Below are positions 50,351 through 60,061 of a stretch of 64,000 nucleotides of DNA, piece by piece. This stretch comes from Myxococcota bacterium (lineage in GTDB: Bacteria > Myxococcota_A > UBA9160 > UBA6930). Position 1 is the stretch's first letter. The number at the start of each line of letters is the position of its first letter. The translations under genes were made by a program, and so were the position numbers. Below the pieces are notes generated by a model that ran no database searches, was not told the origin of the DNA, and worked only from the letters and a program-made list of their open reading frames with translations. The stretch is from the NCBI GenBank assembly GCA_965223415.1, contig OZ245002.1:480001-544000 (forward strand), written 5' to 3'.

Positions 50351-51039
50351 GTCCGCGCTGGCTGGCACTGCCCGCGCTCGCGCTCTTCGTCGCCGCGTTC
50401 TGGTGGAGCGGCGCCCTCGACGTCCTGAGCGACGCCGAGCGCATGCGCGCCTTCCTGACCGAGTCGGGGCCCCTGGGCCCGCTCCTCTACATCGTCGCCT
50501 TCTCCCTGATCGAGCCGCTGGGCGTGCCGGGCATCGTGTTCGTCGGCCCCGCCACCACGATCTGGCCCTACTGGACGGTGGTGGGCCTCTCCGTCGCCGG
50601 CGCCGTGGGCGCGGGCATCGTCTCCTACGTCGCCGCCCGTTGGTGGCTACGAGATTGGGTCCAGGAGCACCTGCCGGCGCGAATCCGCCGCTTCACCCGC
50701 CACGCGGAGGAACGGCCGCTTCGCACGGTGATCCTCGTGCGCTTGGTCTTCTTCCTCGCCGCTCCGGCGCACTGGGCCCTAGGCCTGTCGAACATCCGCT
50801 TCGTTCCGTTCGTGGTCGGCAGCGCCATCGGCTTCACCCTTCCGATGATGGGACTCGTGTACGGGACCGCGCAGGCGATCGACTACCTGAGCGAGCAGGG
50901 GCCGAGCGCCTGGGGCGTCGCCGCAGCGGCGGTCGCGGCGCTCCTGCTGGGCGCCTGGCTGTGGCGCCGCAGCACCGGCCGGACGAACGGCGATCCCGCG
51001 CCGCCGGCGGCCGATCCAAACGTCAATCCCGGACCGTGA
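50347..51039 (+). CDS. DedA/VTT (TVP38/TMEM64) membrane protein
   Basis: Multi-TM; ILVRLVF...LS.I.F..F..GS.IG. Confidence 0.85.
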   Translation: MSPRWLALPALALFVAAFWWSGALDVLSDAERMRAFLTESGPLGPLLYIVAFSLIEPLGVPGIVFVGPATTIWPYWTVVGLSVAGAVGAGIVSYVAARWWLRDWVQEHLPARIRRFTRHAEERPLRTVILVRLVFFLAAPAHWALGLSNIRFVPFVVGSAIGFTLPMMGLVYGTAQAIDYLSEQGPSAWGVAAAAVAALLLGAWLWRRSTGRTNGDPAPPAADPNVNPGP

Positions 51040-52447
51040 CGGACGCCTCCCGCATGGGCGCCTGGTCCAGGTGCGGAAGGCACAGGTACTCGTAGCGGCC
51101 GGGCGCGTCGAAGGCATGGCGGAAGACGTCGCCGCGCATCATGAAGGGCGACGCGAGGGGCACGTTCGTCGGCAGGGTGCCCTCCCCGCTCGTCACCGTG
51201 TGGGCGACGGCGTCGTCGTTCACCCAGGCGACGCGGCTCCCCTGCGCCACCGTGAGGTGCTTCGGGTGGTACCGCATGCCCCGGATGCGCACGACGGCAT
51301 CGGCGTCGGAGACGTCCGGCGGCACGTAGGCCCCCTGTGCGGCACCAGGAGGCGCCCGCCGGCTCACGGGCGTGGCCTCCCCTTCCCGCCGGCCGGCGGG
51401 GGTGACCTCGCCGCAGGCCCGGAGAAAGGCGCCGACCCGGGTGTGGGCGTCCGTCAGATCGACACAGTTGTCGAGGCCCGTGCCGTCCCACGCGAAGTCA
51501 CCCCCGCCGCCGTAGGCCTCCTGGACGGAAGGCGCCGGCTGGAGGCCGTTCGCCGAGAGGTAGTTCGGCCCGATGCGGGTGCGGTCGGAGAGCGGCTCGA
51601 GCTCCGGATCCTTGGCGGCCTGCTCCTCGGCCAGCCGTACGACGCCGATTCCCGCGGAGACGTTGTCCTTGACCCAGTTGTCGTGGACGCCCGTGTCGTC
51701 GGCGCCCATCACGAGGATTCCGAGGCCCGGGGGCAGCCCGCCGACGATCGACTCGGGATCGCCGAAGTTCTGGGCGTTGTTGCGCACGACCCAGTTCCGC
51801 AGCACCTCCGTGCGCAGGCCTTCCTTCTGGACCTTGCCGGGTAGCACGAAGACCAGGATGCCCGCCGTGTTGTCGTAGGCGAGGTTGTCCCGCACCACCG
51901 CGTCGTTGGTGTTCTCGATCTCGATCCCGGCGACGTTGTCGTGCACCTCGTTGTAGGCCACGAGCGCGCGGTTGGACTCGCCGACGTAGATGCCCGCGTC
52001 GCGGATCCGCGTCACCGTGCAGTGGGTCACCGTGATGTTGCGGCTCTGGACCGGGTAGACGCCGTAGAGCCCGGCGTCGTCGATCACCAGATCCGAGAGG
52101 AGCACGCCGTCGACGCCCTGGGTCGTGACGCCGTTGCCCTTGTAGTGGCGAATGCCGAAGCCGGTCATGGTGAACGGACTGCCGGAGACGATGACGCCGT
52201 CGTTCAGTTCGCCCTGGCCGTCGAGGATCGGCCGCTCGCCGCCGCGCACGAGTCCGCGCAGGGTGATGCCCGGCGTGTCGACGGTGAGGGCCTCGTGGTA
52301 GACACCGGGCGCCACCTCGACGACGGAGCCCGGCGGCGCCTTCTCGAGCGCTTCGGCGATGGAGCCCCCGGCTTCGACGTGGAACGTCTCGGCGCCGGCA
52401 GGGGCCGTGGCGAGCCACAGAACCAGAATCGGAACCAGTGCGTGCAT
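51023..52447 (-). CDS. Secreted parallel beta-helix protein fused to a C-terminal cupredoxin
   Basis: Signal peptide; YGVYPV, DAGIYVG, NVAGIEIEN, NTAGILVF repeats; C-terminal WVNDD.VAHTV...YEYLCLPHLDQAPM (His/Cys/His/Met). Confidence 0.85.
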   Translation of the reverse strand: MHALVPILVLWLATAPAGAETFHVEAGGSIAEALEKAPPGSVVEVAPGVYHEALTVDTPGITLRGLVRGGERPILDGQGELNDGVIVSGSPFTMTGFGIRHYKGNGVTTQGVDGVLLSDLVIDDAGLYGVYPVQSRNITVTHCTVTRIRDAGIYVGESNRALVAYNEVHDNVAGIEIENTNDAVVRDNLAYDNTAGILVFVLPGKVQKEGLRTEVLRNWVVRNNAQNFGDPESIVGGLPPGLGILVMGADDTGVHDNWVKDNVSAGIGVVRLAEEQAAKDPELEPLSDRTRIGPNYLSANGLQPAPSVQEAYGGGGDFAWDGTGLDNCVDLTDAHTRVGAFLRACGEVTPAGRREGEATPVSRRAPPGAAQGAYVPPDVSDADAVVRIRGMRYHPKHLTVAQGSRVAWVNDDAVAHTVTSGEGTLPTNVPLASPFMMRGDVFRHAFDAPGRYEYLCLPHLDQAPMREASVTVRD

Positions 52448-53478
52448 CAGGGAACGGCCTCCAGGATGGGCAGGCCCGAGGGCACCCGCTCGGGCACCTC
52501 CGGACGGCGGCTCTCGTCGGTGAGTGCGCGCAGGAAGGCGACCAGGTCGCGGGCGTCCCGATCGCTGATGTCGAAGGGGCGCACGTGCTCGTGGATGCGC
52601 GTCGCCGGCACGCCGTGGGCTCGCCCCCCGCCCTGCCGGTAGAACGCGACCACCTCCTCCAGCGTCTCCAGGGAGCCGTCGTGCATGTAAGGCGCGGTCA
52701 CGGCGACGTTGCGGAGCGTCGGCACGACGAAGAAGCCGTCGAGAGCGGGGGTCCCGAGCGCGCCGCCGACCCCCCGGTCCTCCGAGGGCACGCCGATGCC
52801 CATCAGGAGGGGCGCCTCGAAGGTCGGCAGGCGGTGGCATTCGAAGCAGCGTGTGTTCACCGAGCGGAAGATCGTGAGGCCCCGTCGCTCCTCGGCCCCG
52901 AGCGCGTCCGCCTCGCCACGGGCGTAGCGATCGTAGGGGGAATCGTGCGAGACGAGGGTGCGCTGGAAGGCGGCGAGGGCCCGCGCGACGTGGGCCGTCG
53001 TGACCGGCTCCGGCGCGTCGGGGAACGCGCGATCGAAGGCTCGCCGGTAGCCGGGAATCCCGCGCAGCCGCGCCTCCAGGCGCACCGGGTCGGCGCCGAG
53101 CTCGTGCTCTCCCGTGAGCGGCAGGAGCGCTTGGGCCTCGAGACCGACGGCTCGGCCGTCCCACATCAAGCGCTTCTTGACGGCGACGTTGTAGAGGGTG
53201 GGCGTGTTGCGGGCGAGCGGCGCCCCGCCACGTCCGCGAGCGGTGGAAAGACCGTCGGTGAAGGCCCGGTCCGGACGGTGGCAGTGGGCACAGGAGAGGG
53301 AGCCGTCCCGCGAGAGCACCGGATCGAAGAAGAGCAGCCGGCCGAGCTCGGCGGCGGCGGGCGCCGGCGGCGGCCCCCCGTCGGGAAAGGGCCTGTCGAG
53401 CCCGGTCGTGGCGCCCAGGCAGAACGTCGCCATCAGGAGCAGCAACATCCCCCTCGTCCGGAGCCGTCGCCGCTGCAC
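52447..53478 (-). CDS. Di-haem cytochrome c peroxidase superfamily protein, MauG/MbnH type
   Basis: CAHCH, RNTPT, MWDGR, CFECH, PTLRNVAVTAPYMHDG, LEEVVAFY. Confidence 0.9.
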   Translation of the reverse strand: MQRRRLRTRGMLLLLMATFCLGATTGLDRPFPDGGPPPAPAAAELGRLLFFDPVLSRDGSLSCAHCHRPDRAFTDGLSTARGRGGAPLARNTPTLYNVAVKKRLMWDGRAVGLEAQALLPLTGEHELGADPVRLEARLRGIPGYRRAFDRAFPDAPEPVTTAHVARALAAFQRTLVSHDSPYDRYARGEADALGAEERRGLTIFRSVNTRCFECHRLPTFEAPLLMGIGVPSEDRGVGGALGTPALDGFFVVPTLRNVAVTAPYMHDGSLETLEEVVAFYRQGGGRAHGVPATRIHEHVRPFDISDRDARDLVAFLRALTDESRRPEVPERVPSGLPILEAVP

Positions 53479-53549
53479 GCACGGAGGGTACTGCGTCGGG
53501 GGTGCCGTTCAAGCGCTCGCGACCGGCCGAGCGGCGCTACGCTGCCGGC

Positions 53550-54695
53550 GTGCACTGGGCCTCCGCCGTCTCCCAGTTTCCGGAAGCGGACCGCGCCATC
53601 GGCGAGGCCTGCGACCTGCTCGGAGAACGCATGGCGGGCGTGCCGCCGTCGTTGGTCGTCGCTTTCGCCTCGGCCCATCACGGGGACTCGATGCTCGGCA
53701 TCGGCGAGAAGGTGCGCCGCGCGTTCCCCGATGCGCTGCTCTTCGGCTGCTCCGCACACAGCGTGATCGGCGCCGGTCGCGAGATCGAGGAGGGACCGGG
53801 GATCGCGCTCACCGCCGCGCACCTGCCCGGCGTCGAGCTCCACCCCTTCCACGTGCCCTCCGGCCGCCTGCCGGAGCTCCCGGTACCCGACGAGAGCGAC
53901 TTCCTGTTGCTGGCGGATCCCTTCAGCCAGGAGACGGAGGCGGTCCTTCATCAGCTCGACGAGCGCTACCCCGGCCGTACCAAGGTCGGAGGGGTGGCGA
54001 GCGGCGCCCAGCAGCCGGCGGGCAACGTCCTCTACCTCGGCGGCGAGACCCTGCGCGCCGGCGTCACCGGCGTGGCCCTGCACGGCGCCGTCGCCGTCGA
54101 CACGATCGTCACCCAGGGCTGCCGGCCCGTGGGCCAGCCCCTCTTCGTGACCGGGGCGGAAGGAAACGTCATCCACGAGGTGGACGGCGTCTCGCCGATC
54201 GAAGTGCTGAACGGGCTCTTCGAGCAGGCCGGAGACGCACGGGAGCGGGCGCTCTTCCAGTCCTCCCTGTTCCTCGGGCTTGCCATGCGCGCGGAGGAGA
54301 GCGAGTACGGCCAGGGGGACTACCTGATCCGCAACCTGATCGGCGCGGATGAGGACACCGGAGCGCTCCACGTGGCGGCGCCGGTGGAGACGCGCCAGGT
54401 CGTGCAGTTCCACCTGCGCGACGCCCACACCGCCGACGCCGATCTCGACGCGCACCTCGCTCGCTACCGGGAACGGGGCGCCAAGCCGGGGGGCGCCCTG
54501 CTCTTCTCCTGCCTGGGACGGGGCCAGGGGCTGTACGGCATGCCCGACCACGATTCCGAGGCCCTTCGCGAGGCGATCGGCAAGCTGCCGATCGGAGGCT
54601 TCTTCTGCAACGGGGAGATCGGCCCGATCGGCGGGCGGACCTTCCTCCACGGCTACACCAGCGCGTTCGCCCTCTTCCGATCGATGGCGAGCTAA
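53550..54695 (+). CDS. Stand-alone FIST (NosP-like) sensory protein
   Basis: FGCS, LLADPF, KVGGVA, QGCRPVG, FSCLGRG, GFFCNGEIGP, LHGYT. Confidence 0.88.
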   Translation: MHWASAVSQFPEADRAIGEACDLLGERMAGVPPSLVVAFASAHHGDSMLGIGEKVRRAFPDALLFGCSAHSVIGAGREIEEGPGIALTAAHLPGVELHPFHVPSGRLPELPVPDESDFLLLADPFSQETEAVLHQLDERYPGRTKVGGVASGAQQPAGNVLYLGGETLRAGVTGVALHGAVAVDTIVTQGCRPVGQPLFVTGAEGNVIHEVDGVSPIEVLNGLFEQAGDARERALFQSSLFLGLAMRAEESEYGQGDYLIRNLIGADEDTGALHVAAPVETRQVVQFHLRDAHTADADLDAHLARYRERGAKPGGALLFSCLGRGQGLYGMPDHDSEALREAIGKLPIGGFFCNGEIGPIGGRTFLHGYTSAFALFRSMAS

Positions 54696-54708
54696 GGAGG
54701 CGGCGCGA

Positions 54709-55959
54709 ATGGGCGAGGTGCTCGAGCTCGCGGAGCGGGCGTGGCAGGGAGAGCTCTCGGGGACACAGGTCGCCCCCGGGCGCGCGTTGGTGGGCTTCGA
54801 GGAGCTGGCGCCGGGCCTGGGCTTCATGTCCGCGTTCTCGAACGTCGCCGCGCTGGCGACGGACGAAGGAATGGTCTTCCTCGACACGAGCAGCCTGTTC
54901 CACGCAAGGCAGCTCCACGAGGCCATCCGAACCTGGTCGGACGCGCCGGTGCACACGGCGGTCTACACCCACGGCCACGTCGACCACGTGTTCGGGCTCG
55001 GCCCCTTCGAGGAGGAGGCGGAGCGGATGGGGCGACCGCGCACGCGGGTGATCGCCCACCACGCCTGCCCGGCGCGTTTCGAACGCTACGTGCTGACGAA
55101 CGGCTACAACGCCATCATCAACCAGCGGCAGTTCGGCTTTCCGCGGGCCGTCTTTCCCAAGGAGTATCGCCAGCCCGACGAGACCGTGGGCGACGGTCAC
55201 GTGGTGCAGGTGGGCGGCACGACCCTCGAGCTGCGCCACGACAAGGGCGAGACCGACGACCATTTGTGGATCTGGATGCCGGCCGAGCGCACGATCTACA
55301 CCGGCGACCTGTTCATCTGGGCCTCGCCGAACTGCGGCAACCCCCAGAAGGTGCAACGCTTCCCCCTCGAGTGGGCCGCGGCCCTGCGGAAGATGGAGGC
55401 GCTGGGAGCGGAGCGCCTGCTGCCGGGGCACGGCCCGCCGATCCTCGGGCGCGAGCGCGTGGCCCAGGCCCTGGACGAGAGCGCCACCCTCCTCGAGACC
55501 CTCGTGCGGCAGACCCTCGACATGATGAACGAGGGCGCGCGGCTCGACGACGTGCTGCATGGCGTGGAGATCCCGGAGGCGCTCCTGGAGCGGCCCTACC
55601 TGCGGCCGAGCTACGACGATCCGCGCTTCATCGTGCGCAACCTGTGGCGTCTCTACGGCGGCTGGTACGACGGCAACCCGGCTCACCTGTCTCCCGCCCC
55701 GGAAGCCGACCTGGCCCGCGAGCTCGCCGTGCTCGCCGGCGGCACGTCCGCACTCGTCGCCCGCGCCGAAGCCCTGGCCGCCGAAGGCCGCCTGGACCTC
55801 GCCTGCCAGCTGGCCGAGTGGGCCGTCCAGGCCGCTCCCGACGACAGCCGCGCCCACGGCGTCCGCAGCCAGGTCTTCCGCGCCCGGGCCGAGACCGAGA
55901 CCAGCCTCATGGCCCAAGGCATCTACCGCGCCGCCGCCCGCGACAGCGAAACCCCCTAG
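54709..55959 (+). CDS. Alkyl/aryl-sulfatase-like MBL-fold hydrolase
   Basis: YTHGHVDH, GETDDH, PNCGNPQK, PGHG, YGGWYDGNP. Confidence 0.88.
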   Translation: MGEVLELAERAWQGELSGTQVAPGRALVGFEELAPGLGFMSAFSNVAALATDEGMVFLDTSSLFHARQLHEAIRTWSDAPVHTAVYTHGHVDHVFGLGPFEEEAERMGRPRTRVIAHHACPARFERYVLTNGYNAIINQRQFGFPRAVFPKEYRQPDETVGDGHVVQVGGTTLELRHDKGETDDHLWIWMPAERTIYTGDLFIWASPNCGNPQKVQRFPLEWAAALRKMEALGAERLLPGHGPPILGRERVAQALDESATLLETLVRQTLDMMNEGARLDDVLHGVEIPEALLERPYLRPSYDDPRFIVRNLWRLYGGWYDGNPAHLSPAPEADLARELAVLAGGTSALVARAEALAAEGRLDLACQLAEWAVQAAPDDSRAHGVRSQVFRARAETETSLMAQGIYRAAARDSETP

Positions 55960-55974
55960 CCCGAAGCGCAAGAG

Positions 55975-56036
55975 CGGGGACGTTCCTTGCAACTTGCGCT
56001 TTCGGTCGAAAGCGCAAGTTGCAAGGAACGTCCCCG
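55975..56036. repeat. Perfect 62-bp palindrome (30-bp arms), REP-like
   Basis: CGGGGACGTTCCTTGCAACTTGCGCTTTCG-GT-CGAAAGCGCAAGTTGCAAGGAACGTCCCCG. Confidence 0.9.
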
Positions 56037-56049
56037 GGCTGCCGCTTCT

Positions 56050-57708
56050 TCAGGCGTCGAGCAGGTGGCGGCGGCCCCGGATCTCGAATCGGGCGCGAAT
56101 GGCGGTGAGGTCGTCGGGCGCCAGGGGCTGGTAGGCGAGCTCCCTCCCGCTTCGCCACCACACCGGGTCGGCGCACTCCCAGTGCTCGCGCCGCAGCACG
56201 CGCTTCAGGATCTTGTTCGTCTCGGTGCTCGGGAGACTCTCGGCGACGCGCAGGTAGCGCGGCGCCCACTTCGTCCCGAGGTCCTCCTGGTCCGCGAGAA
56301 AGGCCGCGAACGCCTCCGGCTCGAAGCCCGCTCCCGGCTCGAGGACCAGCGCCGCCATCACCTGGTCGCCCACCTCGGCGTCGGGTACGGCGTAGACCGA
56401 GGCCAGGGACACGTCGGGGTGGCGGGCGAGGATCCGCTCGATCGGCCCGGCGGCGAAGTTCTCGCCGTCGACGCGCAGCCAGTCGAAATCCCGGCCGGCG
56501 AAGTAGAGGAAGCCGTGCGCGTCCCGGTAGCCGAGATCGCCGCTCCAGTAGATCTGGCCCCGTGTGCGCGCCGCGTCCGCCTCCGGGTGCCGGTAGTAGC
56601 CCTCGAAGGCGGCAGCGGTCTTGACGTTGGCGATCTCACCGATCGCCGCGTCGGCGTTGGCCAGCCGGCCGCTGGCGTCGAAGATCGCGGGCGGGCACTC
56701 CTCGCCGGTGTCCGGATCGAGCACCAGCGTGCCCGGGGTGCCCACGCCGAGGGCACCGGGTGGCGTGTCCGGGGTGCGGCCGATGGAGATCGCGCCCTCG
56801 GTCGATCCGTAGGCGTCGATCACCTGGCAGCCGAAGCGCTCGGCGAAGCGCTCCAGGTCGTGCTCGGCGGCCTCGTTGCCGAAGGCCACCTTCAGTGGGT
56901 TGTCCGCGTCGTCCGGTCGCTCGGGGGTCGCGAGGACGTAGGTCAGCGGCTTGCCAACGTAGTTGAAGAAGGTGATGCCGTAGCGCCGGACGTCCGGCAG
57001 GAAGCCCCTTGCGGAGAAACGGCGCCGCAGCACCATGGTCGCGCCGGCGTGGAGCGCCGGCGCCCACCCCGCCATGAGCTGGTTCGAGTGGAACATCGGC
57101 ATCGCCTGGTAGCAGACGTCGTCGCGGCCGACGCCGCGGGTCTCGCTCACGGTCGCGGCGATCGTCGCGAGTCGGGCCTGGGAGCAGATCGCCGCCTTCG
57201 GCTGCCCCGTCGAGCCGGAAGTGAAGATCAGCAGGTACGGCGCGGCGGGATCGATCGCGGTGTCCGGCGCTGCCGCGCCGGCCTGGGCTTCGACCCGAGC
57301 CCGCCAGTCGGCGCTCTCGATACAGAGCACCCGATCGGCGGGAATTCCGAGCTCCAGCCCGGCCAGGATCGCCAGGTGACGCTCCTCGGTGACCACGAGG
57401 GCGCAATCGGTGTGGGTGATGTCCCGGGTGAGCTCGGCGCCGCGCCGCGTGGGGTTGATCCCGACCAGGGTCGCACCGGCACAGGCGGCCGCGCCCAGCA
57501 GGTAGGAGAACTCCGGGACGTTCTCGAGCAGCACGCCGACGTGGAAGGGCGCCGGAGGCGCCGGCTGCAGCTCCCGGAGCAGCGCGGCCCGGGTGTACGA
57601 AGCGCGCACATGCTCCCGCCAGCTGACGCGCTCGTCCTCGAAGAGGATCGCGGGGTGATCGTCCTCGGCGCGTCGATCGAGGAGGGCCCGTACGGTGGGA
57701 AGCGTCAT
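56050..57708 (-). CDS. Long-chain acyl-CoA synthetase (FadD1/FadD17-like)
   Basis: IFTSGSTGQPK, YGSTEG, SGDLG, RVDGENF. Confidence 0.9.
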   Translation of the reverse strand: MTLPTVRALLDRRAEDDHPAILFEDERVSWREHVRASYTRAALLRELQPAPPAPFHVGVLLENVPEFSYLLGAAACAGATLVGINPTRRGAELTRDITHTDCALVVTEERHLAILAGLELGIPADRVLCIESADWRARVEAQAGAAAPDTAIDPAAPYLLIFTSGSTGQPKAAICSQARLATIAATVSETRGVGRDDVCYQAMPMFHSNQLMAGWAPALHAGATMVLRRRFSARGFLPDVRRYGITFFNYVGKPLTYVLATPERPDDADNPLKVAFGNEAAEHDLERFAERFGCQVIDAYGSTEGAISIGRTPDTPPGALGVGTPGTLVLDPDTGEECPPAIFDASGRLANADAAIGEIANVKTAAAFEGYYRHPEADAARTRGQIYWSGDLGYRDAHGFLYFAGRDFDWLRVDGENFAAGPIERILARHPDVSLASVYAVPDAEVGDQVMAALVLEPGAGFEPEAFAAFLADQEDLGTKWAPRYLRVAESLPSTETNKILKRVLRREHWECADPVWWRSGRELAYQPLAPDDLTAIRARFEIRGRRHLLDA

Positions 57709-57717
57709 GTCCGCCCT

Positions 57718-58938
57718 CTACACCTCGAGCTCGACGCGGGTGACGCCCTCGAAGAAGATCCGCAGCTCGCGGGTCGCCAGCGGCGCCAGCACGCTGCCCA
57801 TCAAGGGGAGGAGCAGGCCCCGCGCGAGCTCCCCGGCGCGGCCCCGCCGCAGCACCACCTTCGGTGGAAGGGCGGCCAGCGCCTGGATCCGGTCGATCTC
57901 GGGTGCACGCTCCGGCTCGAGCCGCGCGGCCGCCGCGTCGAGAGCAGCTCCGGTCGCACCCGCCCGCAGCGCGGGCACGAGGTGATTGGCGGCGACGACG
58001 GCGTCGCGCAGCGCCACGTTGATGCCCTGTGCGCCCACCGGCGACATGGTGTGGGCGGCGTCGCCGATCAACAGAACACCGGGCCGGGACCAACCCACGA
58101 CGCGATCCGTTGCAGCGTCGAGCAGGAAGGGGCGCGTCACCGCATCCTTGTGGGCGCGCAGGTGCTCACCCAGCTCCGGCCCGACGTGCTCCGCCATGTC
58201 CGCGACCCAGTCCTCGATCCCACGCCGGCGAAGCTCGCCGAATGCGCCCTTCAGGATCACCCACGCCACCTGCAGCTCACCTTCGGGCGCGGGAAGCGCG
58301 ATCAGCAGATGTCCGCGGCCCAGGACGAGCTGGACCCGCTCCTCGGCCCAGGCCTCGGGCCACGGCAGCTTGGCCCAGACGATGTCCATGGGCGCGCCGC
58401 GAACCTGCGCCGTGAAACCTCCGCTCCGACGTACCACCGAGGCGCGCCCGTCGGCACCGACCACGAGCCCGGCGGGCAGCTCCTGCTCCCCGGAGCGCGT
58501 CTGGATGCGTACGCCGGACACGCGCTCGCCCTCGCGAACGAGCTCCTTCACCGCCGCGCCGCGCAGGAAGCGGAAACCCTCGTGCTCCTGGGCCGCGGCC
58601 ACCAGGGCCTCGAGCAGCGCCGGCTGCGAGAGGCTGACCGGCAACCCGCCCAGGCGTTCCGCGTCGAGCAGCGCGGTCAGGGCGCGGCGCTTCCCGTTCA
58701 ACACCTCGATGCGTTCGGGCCGCCGCTGGGGCACCGCTTCCAGGCGATCGCCGAGGCCCAGCGCCTCGAGGGCGTGCCAGCCGCCCGGCATCACCACCTC
58801 GCCGCGGAACTCCCGGGAGAAATCCGACTGACGCTCGACGAGGGTGACCGGGAGCCCGCGTTGGGCCAGCAGCAGCGCCAGCGCCGCGCCGGCCGGACCG
58901 CCTCCGACGATCAGCGTCGCGCCATCCGATTCGCTCAC
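57718..58938 (-). CDS. FAD-dependent oxidoreductase/monooxygenase
   Basis: VGGGPAG, GADGRAS, IGDAAHTMSPVGAQGIN. Confidence 0.9.
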   Translation of the reverse strand: MSESDGATLIVGGGPAGAALALLLAQRGLPVTLVERQSDFSREFRGEVVMPGGWHALEALGLGDRLEAVPQRRPERIEVLNGKRRALTALLDAERLGGLPVSLSQPALLEALVAAAQEHEGFRFLRGAAVKELVREGERVSGVRIQTRSGEQELPAGLVVGADGRASVVRRSGGFTAQVRGAPMDIVWAKLPWPEAWAEERVQLVLGRGHLLIALPAPEGELQVAWVILKGAFGELRRRGIEDWVADMAEHVGPELGEHLRAHKDAVTRPFLLDAATDRVVGWSRPGVLLIGDAAHTMSPVGAQGINVALRDAVVAANHLVPALRAGATGAALDAAAARLEPERAPEIDRIQALAALPPKVVLRRGRAGELARGLLLPLMGSVLAPLATRELRIFFEGVTRVELEV

Positions 58939-58971
58939 CCCGCGACCGTAGCGCGATCCGCCCGCCCTGAG

Positions 58972-59049
58972 CGCAAGCCCGGGGACGTTCCTTGCAGCTT
59001 GCACTTTCGGTCGAAAGCGCAAGTTGCAAGGAACGTCCCCGGGCTTGCG
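58972..59049. repeat. 78-bp palindrome, second copy of the 55975 element (2 mismatches)
   Basis: CGCAAGCCCGGGGACGTTCCTTGCAGCTTGCACTTTCG-GT-CGAAAGCGCAAGTTGCAAGGAACGTCCCCGGGCTTGCG. Confidence 0.9.
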
Positions 59050-59052
59050 ATA

Positions 59053-60057
59053 TCAGGAGAGGTGCGGGAGGACCTTGCCGACGAAGAGCTCGAGGCTGGG
59101 CCAGGCGACTTCAGGGGGAATGCCACCGCACAGGGGGTAGAGGGGGAAGGCGGCGTAGGGGCCGTCCGCCTCGGCGCGGGCCACGGCTTCGTCGGGGGTG
59201 AGGATCTTGTAGAGGCCTTCGGCGCGAAGGGACTCGACGGTGGTGGCTTCGGACTTGACTGTCGAGGCCTGGCCCTCGCGCTGCCAGCTCCGGTAGCACT
59301 CGGCCTCGTGCAGCAGATGGGGACCGATCTCCGCCCAGGCCCGGTCCGGGTCCTCGGCGAACCAGAACATCTCGCCGGTGCCGGGCGGGTAGACCTGGGG
59401 ATCGGCGACGCCGAGACGCTCGCACTCGGACAGGTAGAGCGCGACCATCTCCTCGTCGTTGTTGGCGGGCTGATAGGGAAGCCCGTAGCGGGCGGCCCGG
59501 CGGGCGCCGCGCTTCGACTGGCCGCCGATCCACACGACGGGATGCGGGTCGGTGTAGGGCGCGGGCGTGACGTGCACCCGGCGGCCCTGCCACTCGAAGC
59601 GCTCGCCCCGCCAGCAGCGCAGCATCACCTCGAGGCACTCGTCGAAGAGCGCCCCGCGGCCCTTCCAGTCCCTGCCGAAGGCCGCGTACTCGTCGGGCCG
59701 GTAGCCGATGCCCGCCGTGATGCCGGTGCGCCCGCGGCTCAGCTGGTCGAGGACGACCAGATCCTCCGCGAGCTTGACCGGATCGTAGAGAGGGACAAGC
59801 AGGGCTCCGACCTGGATGCGCACGTTCTGCGTGCGGCCGGCGACGGCCCCCATCATCGCGACGGGAGAGGGCAGAAAGCCGTCGTCGATGCCGTGGTGCT
59901 CCGACAGGCTGATCGTCCGCGCGCCGTGCTCGTCCGCATAGGCCGCCATCTCGAGGGCGGTGCGGTAGAGCGCGTCCGGCCTCGCCCGCCCCGGCTTGCC
60001 TGTGCCCATGAGCGTCTGCGGCGCGCGCATGTCGAAGCGCAGCATCCAGGTCACCAT
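59053..60057 (-). CDS. LLM-class flavin-dependent oxidoreductase
   Basis: SEHHG..DGFLPSP, LAEDLVVLD, GIGYR, VWIGG. Confidence 0.88.
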   Translation of the reverse strand: MVTWMLRFDMRAPQTLMGTGKPGRARPDALYRTALEMAAYADEHGARTISLSEHHGIDDGFLPSPVAMMGAVAGRTQNVRIQVGALLVPLYDPVKLAEDLVVLDQLSRGRTGITAGIGYRPDEYAAFGRDWKGRGALFDECLEVMLRCWRGERFEWQGRRVHVTPAPYTDPHPVVWIGGQSKRGARRAARYGLPYQPANNDEEMVALYLSECERLGVADPQVYPPGTGEMFWFAEDPDRAWAEIGPHLLHEAECYRSWQREGQASTVKSEATTVESLRAEGLYKILTPDEAVARAEADGPYAAFPLYPLCGGIPPEVAWPSLELFVGKVLPHLS

Positions 60058-60061
60058 CGGT

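Noticed and set aside
51023..53478. Methanobactin or methylamine dehydrogenase cluster
   Set aside because: No mbnABC, mbnP, TonB receptor or mauAB genes in the window; only the MauG/MbnH-like enzyme is present.
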